DNA from: Octopus vulgaris
Taxonomy: Eukaryota
Direction of reading: 5' to 3'
NCBI GenBank assembly: GCA_951406725.2
Contig: OX597820.1
Coordinates: 118,854,001-118,918,000 of the forward strand
DNA: 64,000 nucleotides
How positions within the stretch are numbered: position 1 is the stretch's first letter; every line of letters begins with the position of its first letter. Positions 41,086 to 54,596 of this stretch are shown here, in pieces. Position numbers and translations under genes: made by a program. A model generated the notes under the pieces. The model saw nothing but the letters and a program-made list of their open reading frames with translations, was not told the origin of the DNA and searched no databases.

Positions 41086-41465
41086 GTGGAGGCGCAATGG
41101 CCCAGTGGTTAGGGCAGCGGACTCGCGGTCATAGGATCGCGGTTTCGATTCCCAGACCGGGCGTTGTGAGTGTTTATTGAGCGAAAACACCTAAAAGCTC
41201 CACGAGGCTCCGGCAGGGATGGTGGTGATCCCTGCTGTACTCTTTCACCACAACTTACTCTTACTTCCTGTTTCTGTTGTACCTGTATTTCAAAGGGCCG
41301 GCCTTGTCACTCTCTGTGTCACGCTGAATATCCCCGAGAACTACGTTAAGGGTACACGTGTCTGTGGAGTCTCAGCCACTTACACGTTAATTTCACGAGC
41401 AGGCTGTTCCGTTGATTCGGATCAACCGGAACCCTCATCGTCGTAACCGACGGAGTGCTTCCATC
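41086..41465 (+). mobile_element. SINE family C, full length
   Basis: Closely similar to 3843-4229; TSD AATATTGTTG(A/G)CT. Confidence 0.95.
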
Positions 41466-41667
41466 AATATTGTTGGCTGCAGACAATCTTTTTTCTGTTG
41501 TTTCTGTAGTAAAGATTTCTCTGATAAACGAATCGTTATCCGTTTAGATTTATATATGAAGGAACATCTTACAATTAAGAATGTAGTTTTATTTCCCATC
41601 ACTAACTACGTATGTCGGGTAAAGGACTTGGTAAAGTTCTTCTTTCTGGGTCCTACTCACAAAGTAC

Positions 41668-42820
41668 ATAATAATGTTCGTCCTTCGGTTCGAAGATGAC
41701 CAACTGACATCATCTGATGGAACTGGCGCCATGAGACCGGAGGTGGCTGGTGAGGCCAATCCGGGCAAGGAAGCCCCTCCCACAGGTGGGGCAGAAGTGG
41801 GTAGGGGCCGTGCTACTGGTGCAGGCGGCTCTTGCTTTACGCATCTGATGTTTCTGCTCCGCTGACCGAATCCGTCCCTCCTCGACAGTCCCTGCTCCCA
41901 CGGTGATTGCGCTGCGCCAGGATGAGCGGTTGGCAGCAAGTGTCTCCCAGGTCTCTGTTCCGATGGAGAAGTCTTTGAGAGAGACCTTGAGACTATCCTT
42001 GTAGCGCTTCTTCTGCCCTCCGACTTTGCGCCTGCCCTGGCCGAGTTCACCGTAGAAGAGTTGTTTTGGGATGCGAGTGTCGGACATGCGGGAGACGTGG
42101 CCCGCCCATCTCAGCTGGGCCTTGCGCATGATTGTGATGGTGCTAGGGAGATCTGCCTGCTTCAGAACTTCCGTGTCTGGGACTTTGTCCTGCCAGCGGA
42201 TGTGAAGGAGGTTCCGAAGACACCTGAGGTGGAAGTGGTTTATCTGGCGCTCGTGCCTTCGGTAAGCAGTCCACGTCTTGCAGCCGTATAGTAGGGTGGT
42301 AAGCACGACTGCCCGGTAGACTTTCAGCTTGGTGTTGAGGCTGATTCCTCTCCGCTCCCAGACTTTCTTTCGCAGTCTCCCAAACGCGCTGCTTGCCTTG
42401 GAGATTCTGTTGATGGTTTCAGCATCTATGTTGGCATTGCAGGAGAGAGTGCTGCCCAGGTAGGTGAAGTTTTCCACCACTCGTAGGATCCGTCCGTTCA
42501 CCCTTATCTGAGGCTCATGGTATTGTTTGCCGGGGGCTGGCTGAAACATCACTTCGGTTTTCTTGGCACTGATGGTGAGACCGAAGTTGTCACAGGCTGA
42601 TGAGAACCTGTCCATCTCGAGCTGCATCTCCTGCTCATCGATTGCATTAAGGGCGCAGTCGTCAGCAAAGAGAAAGTCTCTGACGACTGTCTCCCTCACC
42701 TTTGTGACAGCCTGCAATCTTCTGGAGTTGAAAAGTTTCCCGTCTGTCCTGTACTTGATGTCGATACCGGACTTGCAGTCCCTAAAGGCGTCGGACAGCA
42801 TTGCCGAGAACATGATGCTG
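41668..42820 (-). mobile_element. Young 5'-truncated RTE-clade LINE
   Basis: GC-rich, uninterrupted frame, short 3' UTR with a stem-loop and an (ATT)n tail. Confidence 0.95.
41710..42813 (-). CDS. RTE-clade reverse transcriptase, C-terminal half (truncated)
   Basis: FLFADDCAL, FGLTISAKKTEV, FTYLGS, LLYGCKTW, LRWAGHV, and a terminal CPTC...SHLRSH zinc finger. Confidence 0.93.
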   Translation of the reverse strand: MFSAMLSDAFRDCKSGIDIKYRTDGKLFNSRRLQAVTKVRETVVRDFLFADDCALNAIDEQEMQLEMDRFSSACDNFGLTISAKKTEVMFQPAPGKQYHEPQIRVNGRILRVVENFTYLGSTLSCNANIDAETINRISKASSAFGRLRKKVWERRGISLNTKLKVYRAVVLTTLLYGCKTWTAYRRHERQINHFHLRCLRNLLHIRWQDKVPDTEVLKQADLPSTITIMRKAQLRWAGHVSRMSDTRIPKQLFYGELGQGRRKVGGQKKRYKDSLKVSLKDFSIGTETWETLAANRSSWRSAITVGAGTVEEGRIRSAEQKHQMRKARAACTSSTAPTHFCPTCGRGFLARIGLTSHLRSHGASSIR

Positions 42821-43414
42821 GGAGATATTAGTTACACGGAAACCAATAAGCAACTGAACTATGAATATTTGAATCTTTATCTAAGTTTAACGTTAGAAAA
42901 TGGCGACTATGTATTCCGAACTATTTTGTTTATACGGTATCAAAGGGAAAAAAATGACTTTCTCTTTCTTAAAAAAAAAACTATAACAGTTAAGAAATAA
43001 AAAATACAACGCATCAACAAAAATGCAACCTTCATAAGCAAATACCAACACGTCTAAATATCGGCGGCAGTGGAAGGGAGACAACTATCTGTAATCTTTG
43101 TAAACATCGCGAAAGTTGCTACAACATTAACTGCTACTAATTAAGCAGACAAAACAACTACTGGAGCCAGAACCATTGCCTCTGCTGCTCTACTATCTTG
43201 AGCCATTCCTGTTTTATTCATGATAAAGTTCTCAAGGTAATTTCTTATTTTTGTTCTTTGATATAAATTTAATCATGTCATAAATCTTAACACGTTTTTA
43301 AAATCATACATACGCGTGCGAGTCTGTTTGTGCACTGTTCTGTATATAGAACTCCATATTCTGAGATGATATTTTGAGATTGAGTGTAACGTTCAATATT
43401 AATAGATCATTTCA

Positions 43415-43580
43415 TTTCGTCCGTCCAAACGTTCTGAGTTGAAATTTCGCCGAGGTCGGCTTTGCATTTCATGCTGCCGTCGTCGACAAAAAAAGGTAAC
43501 AGTTGAACACTGGGACCGATTTAATCGACTTAACCCCTCTCCTAAACCTGCTGGCCTTGTGCCACAATTTGAAACTAATA
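43415..43580 (+). mobile_element. SINE B, headless, type 2 tail
   Basis: gttctgagttgaaatttcgccgaggtcggctttgc...ggccttgtgccacaatttgaaac. Confidence 0.75.
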
Positions 43581-45226
43581 TTAAATGATCATGGCAATGA
43601 GGAATGCATGTTTCTGTTTCGTTAATGTCAGGTATTAATTAAGAGATACCCGCTTGAAATTGTAATCAGGCAGTCAGATTTTTCCTTCCAAATCTTATTC
43701 GCTGCCAACGAAGAAAGTCAAACTTAATTAAATCGTATTGAGATCCAATGAAAAACTATCGAAGGCAATAATGAATATTCTCATAGAAGCATGCGGTTTC
43801 TATAACGATAAATATAGAGAGGAATTCTCGGACGATGGTTGGGTGTATGCGTGCACGAAAGCGAGTCTTCGTCTAAGAAGCCGCGGAAAAGAAATGACAC
43901 TCACAAAATGACAAACAAGAATAATTAACGTTTTTTTCTTAATTTCCTTTATTTCTATTTCTTCTTTTTGTTCTCTGATGATCCTAGAATATTTCATTTG
44001 TATTCCATTCCTCTTTATCTTTGCGCTTAAGTGTTGTGTATTTCAGTGAGAAAATATTAAGGGAGCAGGAGGTGGGGCTTAAGAATGAGATGAAGAGAGA
44101 GAGTATATTAAAGAGAAAGGAAGAGTGAGCGAGAAGCAAGGATTTCCTGTGGGTAAGTGTGTGTGTTTGCTATTGCTCTGAATGTAGATTAGTGTAATAT
44201 TTAATCATATGGTTCATTTCAAGTAATAAAGGTTATTTTTCTTGCTCCTTCCAAACAAGAAGTGAAGACAAACATGTCAGACGGTTAAAGTAAAACAAAC
44301 CTTTGACTGAATGAGGACGCACTATTTTATAATTGTTTTTTTTTTTATTAAGGTAGCGGATAGGACTGAAACACAAGACAAAATTATATTTGATATATCC
44401 GTCTATAAGCTGATCTTATGTTATCAAGTAGGAAGGACACAGGACTCATTGTCAGGATAATCAATCACTTTTTTAATGACGGGCTTGCAATGACATATGG
44501 GTTGGTTTCCAGAGCCGACATACGTTTCAGGGTGAAGTCACTATGGCAACACAAAACATTACGTAACTGTTCTCAATTAAAACTAAGAATCATGGGAAGA
44601 ACATCCAGATACATACTTTGGGCATAAAAACAAATTTATCGTTTTTTTTGTCCAAAATATTGAAAAGAAAATATTCCAGCAACAAGGGATCACAGACGAA
44701 GGTGGCCCTAATGAGGCATAAAGCTTCTTATAAGAAATCACTTTGCCCACCTTGCCAGTAGGTAAGACCAAACAATGATTCGTGCCTCAATCAGCGGATG
44801 GAATTAAAATTACCCACAATAGTAACAGCATAATCTAAATCATCATGAAACCCCTTGTCACAGTAGCAACACACGTCACAATTACGAGGATTTGGAATAT
44901 ACTGAGGCCACAGGGGACCATCACGGTTTATTAAAAACCGAACAAAAGAGCCAGAGATAGCAATAGGTTAATGAGGGAAAGCACAGTTCAATGAACAGGA
45001 AAGAGTCTCTGGTCTGGAGACGTTTCCGAATAAAAGAGATCCTGTCTCTCGGTGAGGTGGAATCCTTCATCTGTGACAAGGGAAGAGAGATCCTTCTCGT
45101 ACCCGAGGGATTGAAATGGATTTCACATGCGTTCGAAATGTCACTAAAATTGAAATAAAATACGTGTTTGAAATATAAGAAAATTCCTGATGAAGTGGTG
45201 AGTCCTTCAATAGATATGATTAAATT

Positions 45227-45590
45227 ATCCACATGGTTCCGGGTTCAGTCCCACTGCGTGGCATCTTGGGCAAGTATCTTCTGCTATAGCCCCGGGCCGA
45301 CCAATGCCTTGTGAGTGGATTTTGTAGACGGAAACTGAAAGAAACCTGTCGTATATATGTATATATATATATATGTATGTGTGTGTGTTTGTCTGTCTGT
45401 GTTTGTCCCCCAGCATTGCTTGACAACCGATGCTGGTGTGTTTACGTCCCCGTCACTTAGCGGTTCGGCAAAATAGACCGATAGAATAAGTACTGGGCTT
45501 ACAAAGAATAAGTCCCGGGGTCGATTTGCTCGACTAAAGGCGGTGCTCCAGCATGGCCGCAGTCAAATGACTGAAATAAGTAAAAGAGTA
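45227..45590 (+). mobile_element. SINE family A (5'-truncated)
   Basis: Matches the 23542 family. Confidence 0.93.
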
Positions 45591-45852
45591 ATGAATAAAC
45601 GGATGTTAATTTTCCGTTACATATACTGTTTCACATTTACACTAATTTATTTTGACTAATGAACTGCACGTGTTTGGATCCTGGAACCAGCAGAATGAAA
45701 CAAAATATCTGGATATGTGCATTTCTATACAAACGCGCCCTCGCGTGTGCGCACGTTCCGTTGGATGGACACACACACACACATGTTTATTTCGTACACA
45801 TCCAAATATACGTGTGGGTGTATGAGTGTGCGTGTGTGTATATATATATACC

Positions 45853-46248
45853 CTTTCACTTGTTTCAGTCACTTGACTGCGGTCATGCTGGAGCACCACC
45901 TTTACTCGAGCAAATCCACCCCAGGACTTATTCTTTGTAAGCTTAGTACTTATTCTATCGGTTCTAATTTTGCCGAATGTTACGGGGAGGTAAACCCACC
46001 AGCATCGGTTGTCAAGTGATGTTGGGGGACAAACACATACACAAACATATACACACACATACATACATATACATATACATATACGACGGGCTTCTTCCAG
46101 TTTCCGTCTACCAAATCCACTCACAAGACTTTGGTCAGCCTGAGGCTATAGTAGAAGAGACTTGCCGAAGGTGCCACGCAGTGGGACTGAACCCGGGACC
46201 ATGTGGTTGCTAAGCATGCTACTTACAACACAGCCACTCATGCGCCTG
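45853..46248 (-). mobile_element. SINE family A, full length
   Basis: Reverse complement of family A; lies tail-to-tail with the 45227 copy. Confidence 0.93.
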
Positions 46249-46271
46249 TATATATTTATTTCATACATCCT

Positions 46272-46338
<67 letters not shown>

Positions 46339-46357
46339 ATATACGCATATATATATA

Positions 46358-46579
46358 TAGGGGTGGCCCCAAAAGTAGGTTTACAGTTATTCAATTATCT
46401 CTTTTGTAATCATATATTAACAGTTTAGATCTATGAAACCATCATTCTATGGTAATTTAGTTAATTGTGCCAAGCCCCCTTCTCAGTTTGTAAGATAGAA
46501 ATTTAAATGTAATAATATGTTTTAAAAGAAATTTAAAGTGCCTTCGTGATAACTGTAAACCTACTTTTGGGCCACCCTA
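46358..46579. mobile_element. Tc1/mariner-type MITE in (TA)n
   Basis: TIRs of about 32 bp, gggtggcccc-aaaagtaggtttacagttat / ataactgtaaacctacttttgggccaccc; TA flanks. Confidence 0.88.
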
Positions 46580-46654
46580 TATATGTATATATATATGTGT
46601 GTGTGTGTATGTATATATATGTACATATATATATACATATATGTATAAATATAG

Positions 46655-46855
46655 AACGCCATGTTGGATCGTTAGCCCTTACACGCAATTTTTTTCTTTC
46701 TGTGTTTCTTTTCTGTGTATCTTTCTGTTGAAGAGCGTAGGCTCGAAACGTAAAAGACTTGTTTTATTTCTATTCCTGAGCGCCATACTAATACATTATT
46801 TGTTTGTACTCAACCTGCCTTCGTCTTTTGTTTATTTTCGTAAACCTGCCCGTTA
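46655..46855 (+). mobile_element. Penelope-like pLTR mini-element with a hammerhead motif at 46720-46757
   Basis: UCUUU-CUGUUGA-A-GAGC(GUAG)GCUC-GAAA-CG-UA-AAAGA; perfect stems I and II; A6U core variant; inserted in (TA)n. Confidence 0.65.
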
Positions 46856-47778
46856 TATATATACATATATATATATATATATCTCCGAAACACGGAGTAG
46901 TCGAAACAGGGGCAACTGAAGAAGAGAAATATTCCTTGTGTTTTATGTCTTGTTTTTTCGTTGTTTGAAAAAAGTCCGTTTCCATGTTTTTGTTTTTATG
47001 TTTTCGTTTCTCATTGTATTCTACGGTTTTTTTTTTATTTCCTGTACCCATATATGGATGTATATATACATATAGATGTAGGTATATATGCATATGTTTT
47101 GACATTGTTTTTCTTTAATCTCTCTACTTCCCTCGGTTATCTCCCTTATACCCCCTCCCCTCTTTCTCTCTTTCTGTCTCTTGTCCATTCCCTAATTCTT
47201 TAATGCCTCTGCTCCCTACCTATCTCAATTCCTCTTTCTTTCTTGGCTTCACCGCTGCTTGCGAAACACCATATTTTCCTATCTCCTGACTTCTATCCCT
47301 TTTTGTTGCCGTAAGGCTTCCACTTCACACGCCAGCCTATCTTATGCTTTTAGTCGAAAGACACCTGTTGTTATTCTTCTTGTTTGTATTTGTAATCGTG
47401 TAACATTTTCTCCGTTTTCTCTTCTTTCTTGTTTTTTTTTTGTCCGTGTTGTCGTACATATTCTCTCGCTTTCTTCCCAAAATTTAATTCCCTTAACTTA
47501 GGTTTTTGGGGCCAACCAATTTTGAACAGTTTCAAGTGTAATAGACTAAAACTGTTGTGATAATTGGAATCTTAACTGATGAATAGAAAGCCACAGATAT
47601 TCTGTCCTGGTTTACCTGTCCGTCCTTGTATCGTCCATCTGTCCGTGTGTTTTCACTGTCACCCGTCACGTTCTGGTACCGTTTATATATAAATATATAT
47701 ATATATGTGTGTGTGTATGTGGGTGTGTAGGAATATATCTATCAGCATATATATATAGCATTATATATATGTATGTAT

Positions 47779-48097
47779 ACTCTTTTACTTGCTTCAGTCA
47801 TTTGACTGCGGCCATGCTGGAGCACCTCCTTTAGTCGAGCAAATCGACCCCAGGACTTATTCTTTGTAAGCCCACTACTTATTCTATCGGTCTATTTTGC
47901 CGAACCGCTAAGTGACGGGACGTAAACAAACCAGCATCGGTTGTCAAGCAATGCTAGGGGGACAAACACACACATACATATATATATACACATATATACG
48001 ACGGGCTTCTTTCAGTTTCCGTCTACCAAATCCACTCACAAGGCTTTGATCGGCCCGGGGCTATAGCAGAAGACACTTGCCCAAGATGCCACGCAGT
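47779..48097 (-). mobile_element. SINE family A (5'-truncated)
   Basis: Reverse complement of family A. Confidence 0.93.
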
Positions 48098-48146
48098 ATA
48101 TATATATACATATATATATATATTATATATATTATATTATATAGAA

Positions 48147-48217
<71 letters not shown>

Positions 48218-48823
48218 TATATACATGCATGACTTACATCATTAAAACCTTTCTTCTCACACTTTCTTCATTTCTCTCCTTCTTTCTCTGCTCTCCTCTC
48301 TTTTCTTTCATTTATTCATTGACTTTTGTATTGTTGTCATGTTATATTTTATGACAAAACAATATGCAAATTTCCTTCCTTCCTTCATTCTTTCTTTCTT
48401 TCTTTTCTTTTCTTTCTGAGCTTTCTCCGCTCTTTCCCCCTGTCATCAGTTTTCTTTTCTTTCCTTTCACATCTTATCCCCTTCAACCTCTATTTCTATT
48501 ACACCTCTTTTCATCTATTTCCTCTATTAAACATCCTTTTTCTACCTTACATCTTTTCAATTTCTTTTCTTCCACTCATCTATTTTTCTCTCCCTTATTT
48601 TTTTTTCATTTCTTCTTAGCTTTATTTTATCTTTTCTCTCTCTAAACCCCACATTTTCTCTTCACAAAAATATTTCATACTTACTTTACTCGCCACATGA
48701 ATGCTACTCTCAATTTCGATCGCTTTTTATCGTATTATTATTCTTCATCCTAATATTTTTGAATTAGTTTGCCCCTCACTTCTCTCTCTCACTCACTCAT
48801 TCAATCACTCACCTTCCCATCTC

Positions 48824-48876
<53 letters not shown>

Positions 48877-49027
48877 GTTTCTCTTGTTAACTTCACTTCA
48901 TTCACATCATTCTTTCATTAGAATCTCCCCTTTTTTTTCATTCAATTTTCCGTTCATATTTATCATCAATTTGTTGTTTCCTTTTCTCTGACTCTTCGCT
49001 TTTGTTAATTTGAATGTCATGGAATCA

Positions 49028-49094
<67 letters not shown>

Positions 49095-49139
49095 CATACA
49101 TACTTATATATATATAAGTATATATATACATATATATAT

Positions 49140-49182
<43 letters not shown>

Positions 49183-49242
49183 TATATATATATACATATA
49201 TACATATATATATACACACACTCAAATATATATGTATATATG

Positions 49243-49292
<50 letters not shown>

Positions 49293-49779
49293 CATATATA
49301 CATATATATACACACACAAATATATATGCGTATATATATATATATGTATATATATATATGTACACACATACACACACATGTTTCAACTTTTTCAGCTTTC
49401 CATTAATTTTGTTTTTTCAAATTTACGATATTTCTCATATGTTACACAGTTTTGATTTTGTATATTCTGTTCTTATTCATGTTTACCTCAAGAAATATAT
49501 TCGTTTAACCTTGTTTGTTATTTTCTCTCGCCGTTCCCGATCTGTTTGTATAATCTTACCTTTATTTCCCTTTCATCGAATCTTTTAAGGCTTCAATAAA
49601 TATGCCATTCAAACAGACCCATGTATATAAAGATACACAGTAAATACTCATTCGTTATTTGTCTTTCTTACTAAAGATAACTTTCGAAGGAAATGAAATG
49701 TTTCTTTTTTTTATGTAGTTATGTCGGTATATGTCTTGAAGTAAATGTATTTCTCTATTTCAAATTCTGTTTGCTAAGG

Positions 49780-50470
<691 letters not shown>

Positions 50471-50922
50471 TCACCTTTTACACACAAATACATATACACC
50501 CATACATATACATATGCGGAAGCATATTTGCGCGCATACGACTTTACAACTTCGTACCCGTATGTGTTCATTGAAGAGTGTTCCCATTTAATATTTTCTA
50601 TAAAACATTTTTATTCCATATTTCCTCATGGTTTTCCTGCAGGCTGTACTGAAGAGTAATTTCCTAAATCCATCAAGGACGTTTCTAGATATTTGCATTC
50701 ACACCTTCACAGGGGCGCAACGACGGGGTGAGTTATTGCTACATTTTAGTTTAAATAAAATTGTCTTTATCACCTTGCATGTATATTTGTAATTTATTTT
50801 ATATCAATGGAATAATTCACGTACAGGTATTATCAAATAGTGTTTCATAAACATAATTTCATGTGCTAAAAACACACTTCTCTTTATTTATATTTTTAAT
50901 TATAAATATTTAGCTACTTTAT

Positions 50923-51155
50923 CCTATTTCTTTACTACCCACAAGGGGCTAAACACAGGAAGGACAAACAAGGACAGACAAACGGATTAAGTCGATTATA
51001 TCGACCCCAGTGCGTAACTGGTACTTGTTCAATCGACCCCGAAAGGATGAAAGGCGAAGTCGACCTCGGCGGAATTTGAACCCAGGATGTAACGGCAGAC
51101 GAAATACCGCTTAGCATTTCGCCCGGCGTACTAACGTTTCTGCCAGCTCACCTCA
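50923..51155 (-). mobile_element. SINE family B, full length
   Basis: Reverse complement of 5076-5307. Confidence 0.93.
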
Positions 51156-51251
51156 AATTAATTTAATCCTTTTCGTAGTGTAAATGTGAATACATTTAAT
51201 ATCCCCAAATCAAATATTTTGAAATTCCTCAGCTTCTGTCTTATTATATTT

Positions 51252-51680
51252 AGTGGCTGTGTGGTAAAAAGCTTGCTTCTTAACCACATGGTCCCGGGTT
51301 CAGTGTCACTGCATGGAACGTCGAATAAGTGTCTTCTAGTATAGCCTCAGGCTATAGTTGATTTGGCTGACGGAAACTGAAAGAAGCTCATCATATATGT
51401 ATATGTGTCAGTGTGTGTATGTGTGTACATGCGTGTGTGTATAAGTGTGTATGTGTGTATACGTGTATTTGTGTTTTTGTTTATGATCCCTACTCACAGC
51501 CAGGCGACCTGTGTATGTGTGTTTACCTTCCCGAAACCTGGCGGCTCGGCAAAAGAAACCGATAGAGTAAGAACCAGGCTTTGAGAATTACAGGGTTCGA
51601 TTCATTCGACTAAAATACTTCAATCGGTGCCCTAGCATGGCCGCAGTCTAACGATGGAACAGATAAAAGATAAAAAAATA
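51252..51680 (+). mobile_element. SINE family A, diverged
   Basis: gtggctgtgtggtaa...gacggaaactgaaagaagc...agcatggccgcagtc. Confidence 0.85.
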
Positions 51681-52224
51681 CGAGGGAAAAGATACATGGA
51701 TGCCAATAGAGATATGTACACTAGCACACACGCACGCACACACGCATACACACACACATTCACACACATGCACACACACATACTTATATACTTGCTGCGA
51801 AATCGTGTCTTGAAACAAATATCGTTATACCTGGTGATGCTCATAATTTGCCAAATTTATACACGCGCTGTGTATTTGGTCTTCACTTCAGCTTTCTTAT
51901 AATTATTATATCAGGTTCATTGACAAAGCTGTTTCGTCACACATCTTGGGACCTGTTCAACGACTCCCTACCTCACGTGCCTCCTCTTGTTCTGCTCATT
52001 CTACTTTGAAAAAAGAATAAGGAAAACAAGTTGAAACACTTAGGATAAGTGAAATAATACCTGTATAGTATTTGCTTCAACACACGATTATGTGTATATA
52101 TATATATATGTGTGTTTGTGTGTGTGTATAGATAAATTTCCCACCAGGGTGCAGTGAGGTACGATGCTGAAGCGATTGTTATGCAAATAAATGCTTCTAT
52201 AGTTAAACACCATCTACCGTATTA

Positions 52225-52301
<77 letters not shown>

Positions 52302-52326
52302 ACTATCTATCTATCTATCTATCTAT

Positions 52327-53961
52327 GCACCTGGAGAAGCAAGCCCATGCCGTCCACCAACGCCTCCGTCGTGGGACGCTGGACGGACGGCCCGGTTGAG
52401 TTGCTCGGGGTCTGGTTTGGTCCGGACCTCCAAGTGGAGAAGAACTGGAACGAGATAACGAGTAGGGTGGTCACTCTCGCCCGGCAATGGGCCGAGAGGA
52501 AACTGTCCCTAAAAGGTCGAGCGGAGGTGGCGAACACGTACATCGCGTCCGTCATCTACTACCGCCTGACCGTCGTACCTTGTCCCGACCCTACCATCAC
52601 CAAACTACAACGCATCCTCTTTCGCTTCTTGTGGAAAGGATGCGTCCCGATGGTCAGGCGATCCATTTGCTGTCAACACCCGTTAAAAGGAGGGCTGGGC
52701 ATGCCGTGGTTGATGATGCGCAGACACGCGCTGAGACTGCGGCATCTCTGGCTCTATGTAGACGACGGTGAACAGGTGTGGTCGCCGTTTGTGAGGCACG
52801 CTTTCCCGCAGCTCGTCTCCATGACCGAACTGCAGTCGTGGATCAAAAAGAGGCCGAGGAAGGGCGAATGGCACCGCGAGTGTCGCGTTGCTCTCAAGCA
52901 ACTCTGCCGTCCTGGGTCGACTTTAAGTGACTTCAACACAACCAAAGCATTCTATAGGGGTTTAGTGGAGGGGAGGTACGACGACGAGCTCGGGGCGAAC
53001 CTGGACGTCGACGAGGAGTACCTGACCCGCCTGTTCAGGACGACTTTCGGGCCAGGGCCCATGGACAACTTCCAGAGATCCCTGGCCTGGCAGTGCTACC
53101 GAGAAGCGCTACCCGTTCGGGATAAGCTCTACAGACACGGCTCGAGAAACACGGGGCCGACCTGCCCGAGATGCGGTCAGAGCGACGAAACCGTTCTGCA
53201 CGCACTCGTTCAGTGTCCAACAATTTCCGACCTGTGGGCTTATGTCGAACAACTGCTGTCACGTGTGGGACGAGTCGGTTTATCAGCTGAGTCTATCGTC
53301 AATATTGTCACGCCTCCTTCCTTCAAACGGGAAGGAAGAGCTATTTTCATCATCCTTGTGGCTATGGCGAAGGAATGTATCTGGTGGACGCGTCTGAAAG
53401 GATTGGAGACAAACACTTTCCTCTCTGGTCAATCTCTCATCAACTTCTTCAAGTACCACTTGAAAAGGAAAGTGAGAGTAGAGAGGCAAGTTTTGTCTAG
53501 CGAATGTTTTAAAAAAAGATGGGTGAATGTAGCAAGAATGGCACGTATGAATGACGAAGCCACCTTGAGCATAGTCCTATGAACCCAGAAATCGAAAACA
53601 GAGAGTTGCTTATTTGCAAAAAAAAAAGAAAGAAATATAAAATGTGACATCATTGACCGAGGTTACCGTGGTCTTTTCCGTAGGCTTTTCTTTGCACGGG
53701 TAAACCTCACCTGTCCTCCCCTTTACACTTCATATTGACATTTCTGTGATAACGATCCCTATTGATCAATTTTTTTCCTCACCCCCTTTTTTTAAACCCC
53801 CTTTTTTTTGTCCTCTTTCTCTCCTTTTACGATCCCTTTTGATCGAAACTCCCCCTTCCTTTTTTTTTTTTTTTTCTTTTTCTTAAACCTTCAAAAGAAA
53901 AGCTCTACCTTGTAATTTGTTCTATCTGTGTGCAGCCCTGTGTGGCTAATAAAGAAACATA
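52327..53961 (+). mobile_element. Young 5'-truncated Tx1/L1-clade LINE inserted in (CTAT)n
   Basis: Intact ORF, 3' UTR of about 380 bp with pyrimidine-rich tracts ending AATAAAGAAACATA, no poly(A); about 100 bp of (CTAT)n upstream and CTAT/TA repeats downstream. Confidence 0.92.
52347..53582 (+). CDS. Tx1/L1-type ORF2 C-terminus (RT thumb plus CCHC zinc-binding region), truncated
   Basis: LLGVWF, W..RKLSLKGRAEVAN, FRFLWKG, KGGLGMP, LPVRDKL, CPRCGQSDETVLHALVQC. Confidence 0.9.
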   Translation: MPSTNASVVGRWTDGPVELLGVWFGPDLQVEKNWNEITSRVVTLARQWAERKLSLKGRAEVANTYIASVIYYRLTVVPCPDPTITKLQRILFRFLWKGCVPMVRRSICCQHPLKGGLGMPWLMMRRHALRLRHLWLYVDDGEQVWSPFVRHAFPQLVSMTELQSWIKKRPRKGEWHRECRVALKQLCRPGSTLSDFNTTKAFYRGLVEGRYDDELGANLDVDEEYLTRLFRTTFGPGPMDNFQRSLAWQCYREALPVRDKLYRHGSRNTGPTCPRCGQSDETVLHALVQCPTISDLWAYVEQLLSRVGRVGLSAESIVNIVTPPSFKREGRAIFIILVAMAKECIWWTRLKGLETNTFLSGQSLINFFKYHLKRKVRVERQVLSSECFKKRWVNVARMARMNDEATLSIVL

Positions 53962-54023
53962 TCTATATATATATATCTATCTATCTATCTATATATATAT
54001 ATGTGTGTGTGTGTGTATGTATG

Positions 54024-54106
<83 letters not shown>

Positions 54107-54123
54107 ATATATATATGTATATG

Positions 54124-54154
<31 letters not shown>

Positions 54155-54528
54155 GCATATATATATATGTGTGTGTGTGTGTGTATGTATATATATATAA
54201 GTGTGTGTATACCTGTGTGTGTATGAAATACAATATTTACATCGTCCAAAATGTATTATATGTTCATATTGAGGCTGGTATTTTTCAATAGATCTTGTTG
54301 GTTTATTTATCTGTTGTTGTACAGAAGATGCGCCATCGCATTTGTATAAGGAATAAAATTTTGAAATTTTGTTGGAGATTACCTTCACATCTCTCTATGT
54401 GTTCGATTACTGGTAATTGTTTATATCTTGGGAAGGGATTGATTCCGTATGCAGTATTTTTCTCTGTCTGAGAGACATGCTTGTTTGCCCTATATATTTG
54501 AGTCGGCTATCTGCACAATTTACGACGC

Positions 54529-54559
<31 letters not shown>

Positions 54560-54596
54560 TATGTATATATATATATATATATACATATATATACAT

